A DNA stretch of 64,000 nt from Eledone cirrhosa (Eukaryota): NCBI GenBank assembly GCA_964016885.1, contig OZ024749.1:4588001-4652000 (forward strand), given 5' to 3'. The translations under genes and the position numbers were made by a program. This document shows, in pieces, positions 58,341 to 64,000 of the stretch. Each line of letters starts with the position of its first letter. The first letter of the stretch is position 1. The notes under the pieces were generated by a model. That model was not told where the DNA came from. It saw only the letters and a program-made list of their open reading frames with translations, and did no database searches.

Positions 58341-60130
58341 CGGGATAACAAATTGTTATAGGTAGTTCACTTAGATGTAGTCCAGTTGGAGTACTCTGTG
58401 TAGTGGATGGTATTAACCTATGGCTTAGTTTGACTCAGCAAGACGTTTCCATAGTGATGCTGCGAGTTCGCGGTGATTTCTATGTAGTTTATACTTGGAG
58501 TAATAATAATTCAAGAAAGAAGAGTGACATGGTTGGCTATACAATAAGGGCTTTATTCACATTGCTGACAATTGTTTCTTTGATCTGGCATGTCCAGAGT
58601 TTGCTACTCGCTTGATGTTTTGTCAATCGATCTCCAATACTTTGTTTATAACCAGCCGTTTTCATCAGAGCGTGCGAAAGTGAGGAAGATACTCAAGGCA
58701 TGGCTTTTATAGAGGAGGCCGCAAAGGCCTATAGCAGTGGTATGTCCCATTGCGGGTTGTGCAAACTTGAATTGCTACATATCTTAAGGGGCGATAAAAT
58801 GCTACTCAACAGCAAAATAGAAAGGTAAAATGTTTGCAGACATAGGGTTGCTACAACATTCGTGAGATTTAAACGACAGTGATTCGAACCAGCATTCCCT
58901 ATATTAAGAGAAAATCACTTAGTATTTCACATATGAAATCCATATTCTCACACAGTCCACTCCAGAACCATAATCTTCTATAAACACCTTCTAACCTCCC
59001 TAAATCTATACCACTAGGATGGGGCAGTAATGTCTACAACTATCTTGTCAGCCCATAAATCAATCCCATCTTTGCTGTTGTTTACTCCTTCGAACCAAAC
59101 AATTATATCTACGTATCTCACATTAGCACTCATGATCTCTAATAGATGAACTTAATTCTAACTACATTATCTTATCACTCCTCTTATTATTATTATGATC
59201 ATCTCAATGTATCCCTAATTTTATTCATCATGTTCTCTCTATTTACCATGCATACTTTATTATGTTATTATCTTCATTGCCTCTATTATTGTTGTTATTA
59301 TTGTCTTATTTATACACTATTTGTTATTGATGTTGTGAAAACAAAACCCCCGTGATTCTAACTAACAATCTCAACTTTTACCGAATCTACAACTTCACTT
59401 AACACTATATATCTCTATACACCCACCCTATCACTCTCACTAAATTAATACAACGAAAATACTTATCTGTCAAACAATAAATAAATCTCCGGTTTATTGC
59501 CAGTGTGCCCTCGGACCTACAGCACACGCATATACATCCTAAATCCTGACTCCAAGTACATTTTATCAGTTAACTATTCACCACCTTAACACTACATCTA
59601 ATGTACCCTATAGCAGTATTCACATGCCAGTCAATTACATACATCTGTATCATATCAGTTCGTTTAATATACAAGATTCATCATTATACTCTATTTCTTA
59701 CTTATATTGATGTTATTATTTAAACTATTCAGTAATTAGTTATTTTATTATTGGTATTATTGTTCTGGTTTAATACCACTTCTCTATAAAAGCCATGCCT
59801 CGAGTATCTTCCTCACTTTCGCACGCTCTGATGAAAACGACTGGTTATAACAAAGTATTGGAGGTCGATTGACGTAACATCAAGCGAGTAGCGAACTCTT
59901 GACATACCAGATCAAAGAAACAATTGTATAGCCAATCATATCAACTCATCTTCTTGAATTATTATTACTCCAAGTATAAACTACATAGAAATCACCGCGA
60001 ACTAACAGCATCACTATGTAAACGTCTTGTTGAGTCAAACTAAGCCATACGTTAATACCACCCACTACACAGAGTACTCTAACGGGACCACCTCTAAGTG
60101 GACTACCTATAACGATAACCTCTTATCCCG
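58341..60130 (+). mobile_element. Second Naiad-type PLE remnant with inverted pLTRs
   Basis: Arms 58341-58714 / 59782-60130; 58721-58882 reads AKAYSSGMSHCGLCKLELLHIL..LLNSKIER*NVCRH (Naiad endonuclease C-terminus). Confidence 0.85.
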
Positions 60131-60952
60131 TATATATATATATTAAATTATCCATTTTCTATATGTTCATCATGTAACTATAACTTGAACTAAGTTACAA
60201 TACCTGCTCTATATTTACCGTAGATTATCTTCTTTTACTGATATTATTTGGCTGGTGAAATTCAATAAGTCGTTTCAGCTAAATTATTGTTATATTTATT
60301 ACTGCTATATTCTTCTATAAATTTTAACTTACTTTTAAATATATTTACATGTACCTCTTTCAGAATTCCAGTAACAAATTCATAATACGATTTTTAAATC
60401 CCATTGTTAGAACTCTAACTCTAGATTTATCTACGTAATATATTATATTTAGTGAAATATCTACAGATACGGAACTTAAATATAATATTATTTAAAAATG
60501 TTAATTAACTCTTACCTAATTACCTGGATCACTATTTAGAGCGTTGAATTAACAATCGCGAGCTTGTGAGTTCGATTCCCGCAATAGGTGATGCGTTATT
60601 TCCTCTTTTTGCCAATAGTTGCAACCCACAGATATTATTAGCAATTGGAAGGAACAACGGAAGTCTTGTTTCTGACGAGTTTCATTCCACTCTTAAGGTG
60701 AAGGACGTCTGGAAATCTTGCCGTTTCGACTCATATCATATATACATGTTTTTAAACGTTGTTTTACAACTTCACTTAGGAAATCAAATCATTTCTCCCA
60801 CTGAGGTACAACAACATGTAAGGGAAAATATTTCATTCTTATTGGATTATGAAGAGACAGCCTTCCAGGAATGAACACTCTTTCAATTCTTGTCAGCCTA
60901 GTGAAACAGTCGCAATACTTAAATATCTTAATATGTGTTATATATATATATA

Positions 60953-63900
60953 CAACCAACAATACCTCCCCACATACCAAAAAATAAGGCATCACCTGGC
61001 CCCTACCGCCTACATCCTCCACACAAAAACCACACGGATTCCCAAGCAACAAATATAGTAATAGAGAAACATCAGCTACAAGATAGGCACTACAACTTTT
61101 CTCCAACCAGGAGAAACCATAGAATCCCCCACACTTACAACCCCCCCCCCCCCACATCTAACATTCCCACACAACAAACCCACAACCATCATTACTTCCA
61201 ACATAGAACCCAAAATACGCAACTACCACACATGTCACATATAAGGAAACCCTAATCTACCCTCCCCCACTAACCACATCCTACTACAACACCAGCAGGA
61301 GACAATACAACCACATGAGACACCCTAACCACTACAGCCACCATAGCTACACACCATATAACAGCAACAGCAGGACTCAATATAACCAGACAAGACAACC
61401 CTACTACAACTACCATCAAATCTACACACCCTACAACAACATCAGCAGGGTTCAATACAACCACACGATACAATCATAAACTCAACAACCACCACAGCTA
61501 CACACCATATTACAACAACAGCAGGAGCCAATACAACTATAAGAGACATCCAAACTTCAACAGCCATCACAACTTCCGTAATCATTTTTTAGACACAGCA
61601 CACAGACACAGGATAACAAGATAACACAAAACCCACAGGAGAACAAAATGCAATAAAAATTGTCAATTTAACCTCTAAAGACCAAATCAACAGACCAAAT
61701 CAACATACTCTCCAAAGGTCTAAAATTTACACCAACTCCACAACAACCAAACTACCCCAAAATGAAGGAAGATATTGCAGAATTCTGTAGAAATCTAAGA
61801 CTCAGCTAGCAACTATACGACAAATACAATGAGGATGACTCAATAGCCAGAAATAGAAGCAACTACAACCCACCAAAAGGCAAGAACAAATTCCTCGATC
61901 AATTCTGCGAACACATTACTAATTACCCATACCACCACCTACACAGACATAAACATACACCAAACCTAAGCAAAAAAGAATGGAATGGTATTAACAGTCT
62001 AAAAAACGACAAAACCCTAACAATCAAAGAGGCAGATAAAAGGAGTGCAGTAGTCCTTATGGAGACAGATTATTACAAGACGCTAGTACTCTCAACTCTA
62101 GAAAACCAAACATATTATGAAAAGGCCCAACACTACACACAACAGAAAATAATGAGAAACCTAAAATCCCTAACAACCCTTTACAAAGAAGGCCTTACAG
62201 ACAAGGAATACAACTATATCACAGTTTCAAAAGCACGGTATCCCAACGACACACAAAATCGAAATAATAGGGAGGGCCTGCAAGCAAGCCGCAAACATTT
62301 ACATCCTGATGACCTTAAATTAAGACCCGTAATTACAGGTACCACATGTGAAACCCACCGCCTAAGCAACTTCCTAGATATTCTGCTTAAACCTTTCCTA
62401 AAACACATAAAAAGCTTCATAAGGGACGACCTTGACATGCTCAACCACCTCCCAACAACTCTCAATAATGAACGTACCCTACTAGTAACCTTTGATGTCA
62501 TCAATTTATTTTCCAATATCCCACACAACCTAGGTATAGCAGCAATACAATTTTGGCTTGAAGATTTGTGTTGGAGGGACTCATATTCATCTTGGAAAAC
62601 AATTTCTTTGAATTCAATGCCAAATACTACAGACAGAAATACGGGACTGCCATAGGCACGAAAGTAGCCCCTCATACGCCAACCGTGTCATGGGATATTT
62701 GGAAACCACTCTCTACCGCAAAGTTCTAGACAAATACGACAACCACTTCTACCAACACATAGAAAAGAACTGGAAGAGATATCTGGACGACTGCTTCATC
62801 TTCTGGCATGAAAAAGTATAGAAAGACTGATTGAGTTTAAAACCCTTCTGAATAGACTCAACACAAACTTACAATTCACAATGGATTACAGCCATGAACA
62901 ACTCCCTTTCCTCGACATCCTCATCAAGAAAACAAACACCAAAATAGAAACAGACATATACTACAAACCGACAGACTCCAAACAATACCTTCCATTCAAC
63001 TCGTGCCACCCTAGACCCACCAAAATGGCAAATCCTTATAACCCAGCCAGAAGAATCTGCACAATAGTTTCAGATACATACACATGCTACACACGACTAG
63101 AAGAATTAAAAAACACACTTATCAGCAGAAACTACCCACCAGCCCTAATCGACAATGGATTCCAACGTGCCCTAAAACTCTACATCCAAGAAATCAGACA
63201 CCCCAAACTCAGGAATGAATCGCAACAGAAAACTCTACTATACATCTCCACACACAAACCCTTCAACAATGAGGCATTCGACACCATCCTCCAGAACATT
63301 CCTTTACTATAAAGAGGACCAAGAATGAACACAATCCTGCAAACACACAACATCATAAAAGCAAAAGACAACCTAAATCCATAAAAAAACATCCTCACAC
63401 AAGCCAAAATCCAACAAACTCTCACAATGAACCCTACAGTAACAAAATGCGGAAGGCCCAACTGTGGCATATGCATAAATCTAATAGAAGGTTCAACATT
63501 CCATTTTAAACAAGGGCAACATTTCACAGTTAAACACAACTTTACATGTGCATCTGAAAACCTAATCTATGTTTTGACCTGCTCAGGTTGTCAAGAGCAC
63601 TACATAGGACAGACAGAAAACAGCCTCCAACAACGTATGACTGTCCATAAATCACAAATCAAAACACAAGAATATAGAAAGATTGCATTTAGTGAACATA
63701 TCGCCAATTCTGCACCCAACCAATATCCAAACTTTAAATTTTTCCCCATTTACAAATTCATAAACAACGCTACTTTCATCCATCGTACCAATGAGGAAAC
63801 GTATTTCATTAACAAATTCCAATCTCTACTTAATGCACTAAACTTCGGACTAAACTAAAACTGGAACGAACAATCAAGCATTTACAAGAGTTACCTACCT

Positions 63901-64000
63901 CACACCCTACCTAATCCTCTTTCTTAAATAAATTAAATATCATCAAGCATGAATTACCTCTCCCTGCGTATTAAACTCTCTAAAAAGGGAAATCATATCA
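60953..64000 (+). mobile_element. Neptune-type PLE, near full-length but frameshifted; runs off the window
   Basis: ILSKGLKFTPTP, IKEADK, LRPVI, TFDVINLFSNIPH, YRQKYGTAIGT, WKRYLDDCF, LPFLD, YYKPTDS..SCHP, CGRPNCGIC linker, LIYVLTCSGC..YIGQT. Confidence 0.93.

Overview
AT-rich, repeat-saturated eukaryotic (animal) DNA. A cephalopod/octopus-like origin is inferred from the SINE/LINE repertoire and a tiny cox1-like NUMT. No host protein-coding gene can be supported, and nearly all long ORFs in the track are translations of (TA)n/(TG)n/trinucleotide microsatellites. There is a 200-N assembly gap at 8472-8671. The real content is transposable elements. Penelope-like retroelements (PLEs) include a Naiad-type copy with an unbroken, Met-less 397-codon thumb/GIY-YIG frame between ~1 kb inverted pLTRs, a second Naiad remnant, a decayed Neptune-type copy, a Neptune GIY-YIG fragment and an RT-bearing PLE cut off at a TA array. 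Other elements are CR1-like, RTE and R4/Dong LINE pieces, many tRNA-type SINEs, a mariner relic and MITEs. The most striking signal is about a dozen hammerhead-ribozyme (HHR) motifs from at least five sequence families, mostly in PLE-derived fold-back (palindromic) mini-elements embedded in (TA)n. One recurrent family carries only the substrate (3') half of a hammerhead, folded back at stem II. All structures were read by eye and coordinates are approximate to a few bases.
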